From: Candidatus Oleimmundimicrobium americanum
GTDB lineage: Bacteria > Actinomycetota > Aquicultoria > UBA3085 > Oleimmundimicrobiaceae
Reading direction: 5' to 3'
DNA: 64,000 nucleotides
NCBI GenBank assembly: GCA_002366545.1
Contig: DFBH01000074.1
Location: forward strand, 1,033 to 65,032
Of the stretch, positions 38,573-48,607 are shown piece by piece. Both the position numbers and the translations under genes were made by a program. The notes beneath the pieces are model-generated. The model worked only from the letters and a program-made list of their open reading frames with translations, was not told where the DNA came from and ran no database searches. Positions within the stretch are counted from its first letter, which is position 1. Each line of letters begins with the position of its first letter.

Positions 38573-39511
38573 TTAGCCCATGAGCTCGTCTATGAGTTTT
38601 TTTGTTAGTTTAACTGCTTCCGGATGTCTCATTACCAGGATATCGCCTCCAGCGATTAACATGCTGGCAGCGGTCATAAACTCCCAGAGAATTCCCCTCT
38701 TTTCAGGATCCCCCCAGCTTGGTTCATCTTCGGTCTTTGCTTCTTTAGCCTTCCAAACTTCTCTGCCAAAATCGCAAAACATCGGCATTTGAGTCATCTC
38801 ATCATTTTGCTGAAGAGCTGCAAGCCTTAACCTTTCCATGATTGAATAGACATACTCCAACCCATAGCCCAGGGCTGCACCGCTGGGATCCATTACCAAA
38901 TGATCGGCATCCAATCCCAACTGCGTCATTAAAATGTTCAACTGTTTGGCCATGTTTACATCTATTGGAGAAAGCCCTGAAACATTGTGTTTATAACCAA
39001 TGGCCGCAGCCGTAATTTGTTTATAGTTATCTTCCTGAGAGGGGCCCAATATAACCTTGTGCCCTTCCGCAACCTCGGCAACTTTTTTCAAAAGTTCCCC
39101 GTCTTTCTCAATGTTTCCACTACCATAAATACATATGGGAATGGAAACAGCCTCGATGACCGCCTTGACGGTTTCAGCAGCTTTTGCCGAATCTCTGTTT
39201 TCACCGTTTGGATCGGTGCTTATAAGCCGCAAAGAAATCATCTCTGCCCCATATTCATCCTGGCATTTTTTGGCCCAAGCAACGGGGTCGTTTAACACAT
39301 CCTTAAATGGCTCAAGAACAACGCTCGACCAATTATCCGGAGCTACATCATAAACTTCCATAGCAATAATCGGCTTTTTGGGCATCTCGCCTTCGAAAAA
39401 ATGAAATGGGAGCGTGGTTTCCCCACCAACCGCAACTTGATTGCCTTCCTTGCCCACAACAACCTCACGAATTTTTCCTTGATATGTATCTACTGGTGCC
39501 TGAAATGCCAT
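38573..39511 (-). CDS. acsD: corrinoid iron-sulfur protein small subunit AcsD (CdhD-like)
   Basis: TIM-barrel CFeSP delta signature. The start is the ATG at 39511, preceded by AAAGGAGATAGAA. The ORF-track start at 39553 is an unsupported extension. Confidence 0.8.
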   Translation of the reverse strand: MAFQAPVDTYQGKIREVVVGKEGNQVAVGGETTLPFHFFEGEMPKKPIIAMEVYDVAPDNWSSVVLEPFKDVLNDPVAWAKKCQDEYGAEMISLRLISTDPNGENRDSAKAAETVKAVIEAVSIPICIYGSGNIEKDGELLKKVAEVAEGHKVILGPSQEDNYKQITAAAIGYKHNVSGLSPIDVNMAKQLNILMTQLGLDADHLVMDPSGAALGYGLEYVYSIMERLRLAALQQNDEMTQMPMFCDFGREVWKAKEAKTEDEPSWGDPEKRGILWEFMTAASMLIAGGDILVMRHPEAVKLTKKLIDELMG

Positions 39512-39555
39512 TTCTATCTCCTTTCGAAACCAAATTTTTATATCTTTCCGCAACT

Positions 39556-40404
39556 TTATGCCTGCATTCTAGCCGCTTTAATTGTATTCTTTAAAAGCAT
39601 TGTTATCGTCATCGGCCCAACACCACCCGGAACGGGCGTTATGGCAAACGCTTTCTTGCTCGCACTTTCAAACTCTACATCACCCGCAAGCTTTCCGTTT
39701 TCAAGACGGTTTACGCCAACATCAATGACAACAGCTCCCTCTTTGAGCATATCTCCCTTTATCATCTCCGGTCTTCCCACAGCCGCAATAACGACATCGG
39801 CCCTTCTTGTATGAAAGCTCAAGTCCTTCGTCTTCGAATGGCAAATGGTAACCGTCGCGCTCTTAGATAACAACATCAGCGATATCGGTTTGCCAACAAT
39901 ATTGCTCCTGCCGACCACCACCGCCTCTTTCCCCTTCAAATCTATTCCTGAATGCTCAAGCAAAACCATTATTCCGTGCGGAGTGCAGGGAAGAAACGTA
40001 TCTTCTCCTATAACCAGCTTCCCAATATTTTCTGGATGGAAACCATCCACATCCTTGGCGGAGTCTATGGCATAAAGAACTTTTTTCTCATCAATTTGTT
40101 TGGGCAATGGAAGTTGCACCAGTATTCCATTTATTTTGTCATCTTTATTTAGCCTCGCCATTAAATTTAGCAATTCTTCCTCGGAGGTGTCTTCCGGCAA
40201 ATCATATTTCTCCGAATAAATACCAACTTGAGCACATCCTTTTTCTTTTTGACCAACGTAAACTTTGGAGGCAGGATCTTTCCCAACAATAACAACCGCC
40301 AAACCGGGCACAATGCCTTCTTTTTTCAATTGTGCTACCTCATCTACCATCTTTTGTCGTATCGAGGCAGCAATGGCCTTCCCATCGATAATCTTTGCCG
40401 ACAT
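39556..40404 (-). CDS. folD: bifunctional methylene-THF dehydrogenase / methenyl-THF cyclohydrolase FolD
   Basis: 'IIDGKAIA...GLAVVIVG.DPAS.VYV..K...C...GI...LP' is a classic FolD N-terminus. Confidence 0.9.
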   Translation of the reverse strand: MSAKIIDGKAIAASIRQKMVDEVAQLKKEGIVPGLAVVIVGKDPASKVYVGQKEKGCAQVGIYSEKYDLPEDTSEEELLNLMARLNKDDKINGILVQLPLPKQIDEKKVLYAIDSAKDVDGFHPENIGKLVIGEDTFLPCTPHGIMVLLEHSGIDLKGKEAVVVGRSNIVGKPISLMLLSKSATVTICHSKTKDLSFHTRRADVVIAAVGRPEMIKGDMLKEGAVVIDVGVNRLENGKLAGDVEFESASKKAFAITPVPGGVGPMTITMLLKNTIKAARMQA

Positions 40405-40425
40405 TTCGTTGCTCCTTTCAAATTT

Positions 40426-41184
40426 TTAAAGCTTAAGCTCACCCATTAAATTCGAGATTGCTCGAAAAGCGCCGGAGTCATCGGGCAATTCAAAAATCGG
40501 CCCTTTTTCCAAATCTATCTCCAAAATCCGCTCGTCCAGAGGCACAATCCCCAGAAGCTCAAGGTTTAATCTCTCAATTTCATGTTTTAAAACCGGATTC
40601 AGCTCAATATCAGGAACACGATTTATTATTAAATGTGTTTTTTTGACTTTAAGCTCAAGTTCTCTGGCCAAATCCTTAATTTTAGCAGCCGCCCGAATTG
40701 CTCGTGGACTCGTATCCGAAACCAGCAAAAGGTGATCAACTTCATAGGTCGTTCGTCTGCTTAAGTGCTCCATTCCCGCCTCGTTATCCATAATCACGTA
40801 GCGGTAATTTTTCGCCAATATATCCATATACTTTCTTAAAATATTGTTTACGTAGCAATAACAACCGGGCCCTTCTGGCCGGCCCATAACCAATAAATCA
40901 AAACCATTCGCCTCAACCAAAATTTCTTGAACTTTAAGCTCTAAATAAGCATCCTTGGGCATCCCCGGTGGAATTGAGCCAACATTTTTGGTTATATCTT
41001 CTCTCACGCCCCCGATTGAATTTTCCACTTCTACACCGAGAACCTCATTTAAATTGGAATTCGCATCCGCATCCACAGCCAAAATTGGAGTCATCTTTTT
41101 CTCCAGCAAATACTTAATTATCAAGCCGCTTACGGTTGTTTTCCCGGTGCCACCTTTACCCGCAACCGCTATAGTAGAAGTCAT
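40426..41184 (-). CDS. cooC: CooC/AcsF-type nickel-insertion ATPase
   Basis: 'IAVAGKGGTGKTT' deviant Walker A. Length is 252 aa. Confidence 0.8.
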   Translation of the reverse strand: MTSTIAVAGKGGTGKTTVSGLIIKYLLEKKMTPILAVDADANSNLNEVLGVEVENSIGGVREDITKNVGSIPPGMPKDAYLELKVQEILVEANGFDLLVMGRPEGPGCYCYVNNILRKYMDILAKNYRYVIMDNEAGMEHLSRRTTYEVDHLLLVSDTSPRAIRAAAKIKDLARELELKVKKTHLIINRVPDIELNPVLKHEIERLNLELLGIVPLDERILEIDLEKGPIFELPDDSGAFRAISNLMGELKL

Positions 41185-41198
41185 AAATTCACCACTTA

Positions 41199-43118
41199 TT
41201 ATTTATTTTCTAACTTTTTCATCACCATTGGGAACAATTCAATATTCGTGTGGGGTAAGAACAAAGCTGAGATATATTTATCCATAAAGTTTACGTCGGC
41301 ACTTAATTCCAGATAGGTCATCTTCTCCGCCACCTTTTTTGCTTCATTTAAAATCTCTTTCGATAAGGAGCCAATGCTTGCTCCGGCAAGAGAACCGTTA
41401 CCCACAAACTTTACCTTCTCAAATGAATATTCGGGCAAAAGACCTATCATTTGAACCCGCTCAATTTCCAGATAATTGCCAAAGGCCCCAGCGATGAAAA
41501 TTTCCTCAACATTTGACATATCTACATTAACACTCTCAAGTAAGATACTTATCCCGGCAAAAATAGCTGCTTTGGCTCTTATTAAATTATCAATATCCAC
41601 TTCAGCAACAACTATGTCCTGACCGTTGACTGCCTCGCCGGCCCACGCTAAAACGTACTCGAGACCGTGCTCGCCTTCCCTTATCCGTGGACTATCTATT
41701 CCTGGATTTATCTTTCCCCTTTGGTCAACTATCCGGCTTAAAAACATCTCGGCTAAAGCATCGATAAGCCCTGAGCCACAGATACCGGCTGGTTTTGACT
41801 GACCAATGGTTAAAATCATTGGCTCGTAATTGTTTCGATCGATACGAATCTGCTCAATCGCACCCTTGGTTGCCCTCATACCATGTTTAACTCCTCCACC
41901 TTCAAAGGCGGGGCCAGCTGAGCAAGAACAGGCAACTAACCAATCAGCATTTCCAAGAACAATCTCCCCGTTGGTTCCAATATCTATATACAACGTTAGT
42001 TTATCGGAACGAGACATTCCTGAAGCAAGAACACCCGCTACAATGTCCCCGCCAACATAGCTGGCAACACAAGGAAAACAGTGCGCGTAAGTATCTTCTA
42101 AAACATCTATCCCAAATTCTTTCGCCTTAATCCAAGAAAAATTGGTCGTCGTGGGAACATAGGGTGCTTCTCTTATATGTTTGGGAGTCAATCCCAGAAG
42201 CAAGTGAGTCATGATGGTATTCCCCGCAAGAACCAAGCAAGAAATATCGGAAAATTCAACCCCTGACCGGCTCACCAACTTCGCTATAAGCTCATTTATT
42301 GTACCGACAACCAACGACTGTAATTTAACAAGCCCGTCCTTCTTATTGGAAAATACCATTCTTGAAATTACATCTTCGCCACAGCTAACTTGAGCATTGT
42401 AATCAGACTCCTGAGACAAAACCACACACTCATTTAAGTCTATTAAGCGAGCTCCTATGGTAGTGGTCCCAACATCAATGGCCACGGCGTAATTCTTTTT
42501 GGCGGTATCGCCCGGTTCAATCTTGACAATCTTCGCCCTCAAATCTGATTCAAGCAAAGTCACCGTAACTCGCCAATCTGCTTCCCTAAGAATCCGGGCC
42601 ATGTACTTTAAAACTGAAAGGTCAGCATCTACCGCCGCTCTCAAACCATGATCTTTACTTAAAGTGCGTCTTATTCTTCGCAGGTCATCCATGTTATCAC
42701 TTAGTACCGGCGGAACCATTTCGATATAGAACTTTCTAATCGGCGGATGTCTTTGCCAACTTGAAAGGTACTCTTTCCAACCACGCGCGGATAATATATG
42801 TGACTCAGGAAGCTTCTCCCTCTCAACAAACTTTCCCGGACGAGACTCGGGAGGAATCCTTACCTCTAAATCGCTCTTAATTTCAGAGAGACAAGCCAAA
42901 ACATAACCCTGCTCGATTTCTTTAGTTGTCAATCTGCTTGTTGGTTTTTGCTCAACAACGCCTTTTTCGATAATTACCCGGCATTTTCCGCAAGTTCCAT
43001 CTCCACCGCAAGAGGCGCTGATGCTAACTTCGGCGGCCATAGCAGCACGTAAAAGATTTTCTCCTTCTTCCACTTCAACCTGTTTATTATCCGGATAGAA
43101 AACCACCTTGTGTTTCAT
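41199..43118 (-). CDS. acsV: corrinoid activation/regeneration protein (RACo/AcsV-like; 2Fe-2S ferredoxin + ASKHA ATPase)
   Basis: N-terminal plant-type ferredoxin 'CGGDGTCGKCRV' and a large ASKHA/DUF4445 domain. Length is 639 aa. Confidence 0.7.
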   Translation of the reverse strand: MKHKVVFYPDNKQVEVEEGENLLRAAMAAEVSISASCGGDGTCGKCRVIIEKGVVEQKPTSRLTTKEIEQGYVLACLSEIKSDLEVRIPPESRPGKFVEREKLPESHILSARGWKEYLSSWQRHPPIRKFYIEMVPPVLSDNMDDLRRIRRTLSKDHGLRAAVDADLSVLKYMARILREADWRVTVTLLESDLRAKIVKIEPGDTAKKNYAVAIDVGTTTIGARLIDLNECVVLSQESDYNAQVSCGEDVISRMVFSNKKDGLVKLQSLVVGTINELIAKLVSRSGVEFSDISCLVLAGNTIMTHLLLGLTPKHIREAPYVPTTTNFSWIKAKEFGIDVLEDTYAHCFPCVASYVGGDIVAGVLASGMSRSDKLTLYIDIGTNGEIVLGNADWLVACSCSAGPAFEGGGVKHGMRATKGAIEQIRIDRNNYEPMILTIGQSKPAGICGSGLIDALAEMFLSRIVDQRGKINPGIDSPRIREGEHGLEYVLAWAGEAVNGQDIVVAEVDIDNLIRAKAAIFAGISILLESVNVDMSNVEEIFIAGAFGNYLEIERVQMIGLLPEYSFEKVKFVGNGSLAGASIGSLSKEILNEAKKVAEKMTYLELSADVNFMDKYISALFLPHTNIELFPMVMKKLENK

Positions 43119-43136
43119 TTAAATACTCTTTTCTTT

Positions 43137-44831
43137 TTAAAATAAGCCAACTATCTTCCCGTTTTCATCTATGTCAATCTTTGTGCCGGCGGGCACAGAG
43201 GGAAGCCCAGGCATTGTCCTCATATCACCACACAGCGGGTACAAGAAACCAGCACCAATCGATGGACGAATATCCCGGACGGGTAAACGAAAGTTGCGCG
43301 GCCTTCCTTTCAATTTAGGATCGTGAGAAATTGAGAGGTGAGTCTTGGCCATACAAATCGGAAGTTTGTCCCATCCATACTCGGTATATAGCTTGATTTT
43401 CTTCTCAGCCGTAGGAGAAAAATCGACGCCATCCGCGCCATATATTTTGGTTGCAATGGCCTCAATCTTTTCTTTAACTGGAGCATCATCAGGATAGAGA
43501 AATTTAAAGTTAGACGGCTTATCGCATGCTTTGACAACCGCTTCCGCAAGCTCTTTTCCGCCCTCTCCTCCTTTGGCCCAAACTTCACTTTTAACAGCGC
43601 CTTCCGCTCCAGCGGCAAGCGCGCGCTCACGTATTAAATCTATCTCTTTGTCAGTATCAGTAGTAAACCTGTTGACCGCCACAACAACGGGCACGCCAAA
43701 GAGTTTCATGTTCTCGATGTGTTTCTCTAAATTCTCGATACCCATAGAGAGAGAATCTAAATCTTCTTGGATAAGCGCAGGGTCTAATGGTCTTCCAGCA
43801 ACCACCGTAAACCTCCCGCTATGCATCTTAAGAGCACGAACGGTTGCGACAATCACAACACAGTCCGGTTTTAAGCCGCTTACGCGACATTTTATGTTCA
43901 TAAACTTCTCAGCACCACAATCCGCACCGAAGCCGCTTTCCGTTACCACATAATCGGCAAGCTTCAATGCAATTTCATCTGCAATTATTGAATTGTTGCC
44001 ATGCGCAATGTTTGCAAAAGGCCCGGCGTGCACAAAGCAAGGTGTATTCTCTGTGGTCTGAATCAAATTTGGCTTAACCGCCTCTTTCATAAGAGCTGTC
44101 ATTGCCCCCGCACACTGTAGATCCTCAGCTGTTATGGGTTTCCCGTCATAAGTAAAAGCAACGACTATTCGCCCAAGACGTTCTCGCAAATCCTCTAAAC
44201 CGCTGGTGAGAGCAAGTATTGCCATAACTTCAGAGGCAACCGTAATATCAAAACCGGCTTCCCTTGGAATTCCGTTTGCCTTTCCGCCCAACCCAATAAC
44301 TATATTTCGAAGAGCCCTGTCGCTCACATCAAGAACTCTATTCCAGCTTATGGTGTTCGGATCAATATTTAACTTGTTTCTTTTGAGAATATGATTATCT
44401 ATAAAGGCTGCAAGCAAATTGTTGGCGAGACCCACGGCATGAACATCGCCGGTAAAGTGGAGATTGAAATCTTCCATGGGCAAAACCTGAGAATAACCAC
44501 CACCGGCCGCGCCACCCTTGATGCCAAAAACAGGGCCCAGAGAAGGTTGCCTCAAACACGTAGCCACTTTCTTCCCGATTTTATTTAAACCAAGCGAAAG
44601 CCCAATGGTAGTTACGGTCTTACCTTCTCCCAGCGGGGTTGGCGTAATAGCAGTAACATCAATGTACTTACCGTTGGGTTTACTTTTTAACTTATCTAAA
44701 ACATCGAGGTTTATCTTCGCCTTATATTTACCATACAGCTCAATTTCGTCTTTTTCCAAACCTAAACCCGCAGCAATGTTCTCAATTGGCTCAAGTTTTG
44801 CTTCCTGGGCAATTTCTAAATCGGTCTTCAC
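43137..44831 (-). CDS. fhs: formate--tetrahydrofolate ligase
   Basis: 'TPTPLGEGKTVTTIGL' P-loop and overall FTHFS family colinearity. Length is 564 aa. Confidence 0.9.
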   Translation of the reverse strand: MKTDLEIAQEAKLEPIENIAAGLGLEKDEIELYGKYKAKINLDVLDKLKSKPNGKYIDVTAITPTPLGEGKTVTTIGLSLGLNKIGKKVATCLRQPSLGPVFGIKGGAAGGGYSQVLPMEDFNLHFTGDVHAVGLANNLLAAFIDNHILKRNKLNIDPNTISWNRVLDVSDRALRNIVIGLGGKANGIPREAGFDITVASEVMAILALTSGLEDLRERLGRIVVAFTYDGKPITAEDLQCAGAMTALMKEAVKPNLIQTTENTPCFVHAGPFANIAHGNNSIIADEIALKLADYVVTESGFGADCGAEKFMNIKCRVSGLKPDCVVIVATVRALKMHSGRFTVVAGRPLDPALIQEDLDSLSMGIENLEKHIENMKLFGVPVVVAVNRFTTDTDKEIDLIRERALAAGAEGAVKSEVWAKGGEGGKELAEAVVKACDKPSNFKFLYPDDAPVKEKIEAIATKIYGADGVDFSPTAEKKIKLYTEYGWDKLPICMAKTHLSISHDPKLKGRPRNFRLPVRDIRPSIGAGFLYPLCGDMRTMPGLPSVPAGTKIDIDENGKIVGLF

Positions 44832-44944
44832 AATAAAACCCCTCCCCCGGTTGTTGAGATAAACGTGAACATGAATAAATTTATTTTAGTTTGACTACTC
44901 AAGAATAACAACAATTTTGCCTTCAACGATAATAATTTAAAGGT

Positions 44945-44976
44945 AACTGGCAAAAATAGCTAAATAACTGGCAAAA
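44945..44976. promoter_or_regulatory. direct repeat AACTGGCAAAA x2 with 21-bp periodicity upstream of fhs; candidate LytTR-regulator binding site
   Basis: Two exact 11-mers sit 21 nt start-to-start, between lytR and the fhs promoter region. LytTR proteins typically bind 9-10-bp direct repeats with about 12-bp spacers. Confidence 0.3.
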
Positions 44977-44984
44977 TTTGAGGA

Positions 44985-45725
44985 TTACATACCCAAGAGC
45001 AATTTTAGTTCGGAAGCCTTTCTTCGACTTACCGGAACCTCGATTTCCCCGGAAAGACGAAGGATAAAGCTTCCATGAAACATTGGCACAACTTCTTTTG
45101 CTTTGTGAATATTAACTAAGTAGCTGCGGTGAGTTCTAAAAAAACCCTTATTTACGAGACGTGATTCCAAATCTTTTAAATTAAACGAAGCGTAATATAC
45201 TCCACCAACCGCATGAACAAAAACCCGTTCATTTTGCGCATGGATATAGGCTATCTTATCAATTGGTAACAATATGGTCTTCCCCTTCTCTTGCACCGGC
45301 AAAAGATCTATGCCGGTCTCTTCTCCTCTGATTTTCCTACGCTCAAGTTTTTTAAATTTCGCTTTGCGTCGAGAGATTTTATCTATAGTTTGAGCTAAGC
45401 GCCCCTCCTCAAATGGCTTAACCAGATAGTCTACGGCGTCAAGCTCAAATGCTTTTACTGCATGCTCCCCGTAAGCAGTAACGAAAACAACCATCGGTGA
45501 CGATGGAAGCTCTTTAACAATCTCAGCCACTTGAAGTCCGCTTAATCCCTGCATCTGTATATCCATAAAAACCACATCATAATTTAAGGCTTTTATGAGT
45601 TTGATGGCCTCGTTTGCGTTCGTCGCCTCACCAACAACTTCAACATCTCTTATCTCTTGCAACATATACCTAAGTTCCGAGCGAGCAGGTGCTTCATCAT
45701 CAACTATCAAGGCTCTAAGCTTCAT
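44985..45725 (-). CDS. LytR/AlgR-family response regulator (REC + LytTR DNA-binding domain)
   Basis: 'ALIVDDE...DVVFMDIQM' receiver domain and a C-terminal LytTR domain: 'FRTHRSYLVNI'. Confidence 0.8.
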   Translation of the reverse strand: MKLRALIVDDEAPARSELRYMLQEIRDVEVVGEATNANEAIKLIKALNYDVVFMDIQMQGLSGLQVAEIVKELPSSPMVVFVTAYGEHAVKAFELDAVDYLVKPFEEGRLAQTIDKISRRKAKFKKLERRKIRGEETGIDLLPVQEKGKTILLPIDKIAYIHAQNERVFVHAVGGVYYASFNLKDLESRLVNKGFFRTHRSYLVNIHKAKEVVPMFHGSFILRLSGEIEVPVSRRKASELKLLLGM

Positions 45726-47037
45726 CTTCTTCTCCTATCGGGATTCGCATTGTAATCTTCGTACCTTCATCTCTTACACTTAAAATATCCAATGCATGTT
45801 CTTTACCATAAAGGCTCTTTAGTCTTTCGTTCACATTACTTAAACCTATCCCCATCCCCTTGCCGAAACCCGGGGACAAGACCCTCTTCATATCTTCTGA
45901 TTTGATACCTTTCCCGTTATCACACACTTGAATTACCATTTCAGAATCATAAATTTTTGTTGCTATTCTTATTTTGACGTGTCCCTCCGGTGTTCCTCCA
46001 TGCTTAACCGCGTTTTCAACCAAAGGCTGAACAATCAAAGCAGGTATTTTTACTCCAAAAGTTTTTTCATCTATCTCTTTGAGCACTTGAAGATTTTTTC
46101 CAAAACGCGCTTTTTCAAGTAAGAGATACAAGCTAATGTAGTCGATTTCCTCTTCCACGGTTACTAAGTCTGATTCCCGCTCAAGCGACCGCCTGAAAAA
46201 ATCAGCAAACTGGATTGTGAGCCTCCTGGCTTTTTTTGGTTCAGTTCGACACAAGCTGGCAATAGTATTTAGAATATTGAAGAGAAAGTGTGGGTTTATC
46301 TGGGCTTGTAATGCTTTGAGCTCAGCTTCGCAAGCAAGCCCCTCTTGCCTGTCAATCTCCGAGAGCTCAAGTTGAGTACTCAACAATTTAGCCAGCCCTT
46401 CGGCCAACATTATTCTACTCTCAGTCAATTTTTCTTTATTAGGATAGTAAAACTTTAAAGTACCGGCGACTTTACCCCTGAGCTCTAAAGGAACTACTAT
46501 GGCCGCCCTTAAAGGACAGCTCGCAATGGGACAGCCAATTTCTTCTTTACTTTCCAAAATTCTAAACTCATTGTGACTTAAAGCCTCTTTGGTCGCCTCC
46601 GTTAAAATCGGCGATCCCGTTTTGTGGTGATCCTCCCCCACACCGGAAAAAGCCAACACTGTCGTCAGACTCGTGAGCGCCACAGCCATCGCATCGGTAC
46701 TTTTTATTAATATTTTTGCAACCTCGTTGGCCGATTTTTCGTTGAGACCCATTCGAAGGTGAGGCAACGTAGCATTTGCTATCTCGAAAACCCAATGGGA
46801 ATATTCGGCTTTGAGATGTTCGGGCTCACTTTTTATTGCAAAGAGTTTTAGAACCATAAATATCGCAAATGATACGAACAACCCCATCAAGATTAAGCCC
46901 CATCCTTTGGAAATTGTTCCAAAGAAGGACAAAATCCACCCAAAAATTACAGTAGCAAGCCCCGCAACCACACCCAATACTATTTTTTGGTGTTTAAATC
47001 TATTTGTATCAAAATATTTCCCGTGCTTAACAACCAT
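45715..47037 (-). CDS. LytS/YehU-family sensor histidine kinase (TM + GAF-like + His_kinase/HATPase)
   Basis: 'INPHFLFNILNTIASL' is the PF06580 signature, with a C-terminal HATPase_c. It overlaps the response regulator by 11 nt. Confidence 0.75.
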   Translation of the reverse strand: MVVKHGKYFDTNRFKHQKIVLGVVAGLATVIFGWILSFFGTISKGWGLILMGLFVSFAIFMVLKLFAIKSEPEHLKAEYSHWVFEIANATLPHLRMGLNEKSANEVAKILIKSTDAMAVALTSLTTVLAFSGVGEDHHKTGSPILTEATKEALSHNEFRILESKEEIGCPIASCPLRAAIVVPLELRGKVAGTLKFYYPNKEKLTESRIMLAEGLAKLLSTQLELSEIDRQEGLACEAELKALQAQINPHFLFNILNTIASLCRTEPKKARRLTIQFADFFRRSLERESDLVTVEEEIDYISLYLLLEKARFGKNLQVLKEIDEKTFGVKIPALIVQPLVENAVKHGGTPEGHVKIRIATKIYDSEMVIQVCDNGKGIKSEDMKRVLSPGFGKGMGIGLSNVNERLKSLYGKEHALDILSVRDEGTKITMRIPIGEEDEA

Positions 47038-47105
47038 GCTTTATCCTCGAATTATAAATAGTATTATTATACAATATTTCATATCTATCTGCTCGGAGGT
47101 AAATC

Positions 47106-47666
47106 TTGGGTATTGGGCTAAAAAATATTTTCAAATCATTTTTCAAAATCGGTTTCGGCGCTTTTGGCGGAATGATTGCCATTGCACACATTGAAGAAAC
47201 GCTGGTAAAAAAGAAAAAAATAATATCGAGAAACCAATTTAATGAGGGTCTCGCTTTAGCACAAATTATGCCCGGGTCAACGAGTACATCTTTGGTCGTC
47301 TATATAGGATACAACTTAGGGGGATTGGCCGGGGCAATTATTGCTATATCGGCTTTCATCTTGCCGGCCTTCACTCTTATGATATTCCTCGCGATAGGAT
47401 ACCTTCACTTCCAAGAAGTTTCCTTCATAAGCTCAATTTTAAAGGGGCTGAACGCTGTAGTTGTAGCCCTAATCATAGATGCCTTGATAAATTTATCAAA
47501 ATCCACAATAAAAAGAAAAAGGGAAGCGGTTATCGCCTTGTTCACCTTCTTTGCCCTTTATTTTCTAAAAACCGATTTGTTTTTGCTTATATTCCTGGCG
47601 GGAATGCTGGGTTTGATATTTTACGTGTTGGAGGAGAAGCCATGTCCACCGGCAAACAAAAGTTGA
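47106..47666 (+). CDS. chromate transporter ChrA family, N-terminal-half homologue (short-chain CHR)
   Basis: 'FFKIGFGAFGGMIAIAHIEE...LALAQIMPGSTS' is the ChrA signature. Confidence 0.65.
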   Translation: MGIGLKNIFKSFFKIGFGAFGGMIAIAHIEETLVKKKKIISRNQFNEGLALAQIMPGSTSTSLVVYIGYNLGGLAGAIIAISAFILPAFTLMIFLAIGYLHFQEVSFISSILKGLNAVVVALIIDALINLSKSTIKRKREAVIALFTFFALYFLKTDLFLLIFLAGMLGLIFYVLEEKPCPPANKS

Positions 47667-48247
47667 GAAAAAAGTTAAAAATTATAACGGCTGTTATCAG
47701 CTTGGTTCTTATCATTTTAGGATTCTCTACACCCTTACTGGCTAAATTAAATTTTACGTTCCTAAAGATTGGGGCCATAGTTTTTGGAAACGGCTACACC
47801 GTCATACCATTCATACAAAAAGAAGTGGTTGAGGGATGCAATTGGCTCACCCCGGCACAATTTGCAGCGGCCATCGTTTTTGCACAGGTAACTCCGGGTC
47901 CGGTGATAATCTTGGCCACTTTTGTGGGATTTCTGGTTGCGGGAATTCCGGGGGCGTTTTTTGCAACTATCTCAATGCTTTTGCCATCCGCTTTTTTAAT
48001 AATCATCCTCGCCAAACAACACCAGCGAGTAAAAAATTTAAAACCTCTGCAAGCTTTTTTTGGAGGCGTAGTCGCATCAGTGATTGGAATGCTGGCTGCA
48101 ATTGCCTTGAATTTTAGCAAAACAAACTTGGTTGATATTAAAACGGGGAGCATCTTTGGCGGTTCGCTTATAGCTTTGACTTGTTTCGACGTAGAACCCA
48201 TCTATGTTGTTCTCCTAAGCTGCATAATCTCGTTATTTCTCTTTTGA
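47642..48247 (+). CDS. chromate transporter ChrA family, C-terminal-half homologue (short-chain CHR)
   Basis: 'FLKIGAIVFGNGYTVIPFIQ...FAQVTPGP' is the second ChrA repeat. It overlaps the previous gene by 25 nt. Confidence 0.65.
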   Translation: MSTGKQKLRKKLKIITAVISLVLIILGFSTPLLAKLNFTFLKIGAIVFGNGYTVIPFIQKEVVEGCNWLTPAQFAAAIVFAQVTPGPVIILATFVGFLVAGIPGAFFATISMLLPSAFLIIILAKQHQRVKNLKPLQAFFGGVVASVIGMLAAIALNFSKTNLVDIKTGSIFGGSLIALTCFDVEPIYVVLLSCIISLFLF

Positions 48248-48439
48248 TATACTAAAAAAATGTGTGGCTTGCCCACAAGAAAAATTATTTTAACATTCCC
48301 TTTTTTTAGTTAAAATAATCTCGGCCTTTTTGATTACCTCAATTTCGAGTCTAACTCGCTTCTCGTCCCTCATTTCGCTAACTTGAGGGAAACAAAAGAA
48401 TTACCTTGCACCAAGGAAATTTAAACGACCTTTATCTTG

Positions 48440-48607
48440 GAAGGATGTAAATTACAGAACTTTGTGGGCTTGACTCTCCGTTTTCAAAAAATTCATCCTT
48501 CCAATGTTGGTTGCTCTTACTATGCTCTATACCCCATCTGCCATCTGTTATTTGCCACCTGCCATCAGCCACCTGCAATCCGCCCCGCCAGCGGCGGGCA
48601 GGCATCA
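48440..48607. repeat. low-complexity intergenic block ending in a GC hairpin, 3' of the HydS-GGDEF gene
   Basis: CCCCATCTGCCATCTG, TTGCCACCTGCCATCAGCCACCTGC, then CCGCCCCGCCAGCGGCGGGCAGGCATC abutting the stop codon. Confidence 0.5.

Noticed and set aside
47106-48247. chrA pseudogene split by frameshift
   Set aside because: The two ORFs correspond to the two homologous halves of ChrA, and each is complete with its own start. Paired short-chain CHR genes are a known natural arrangement, so this is not called a pseudogene.
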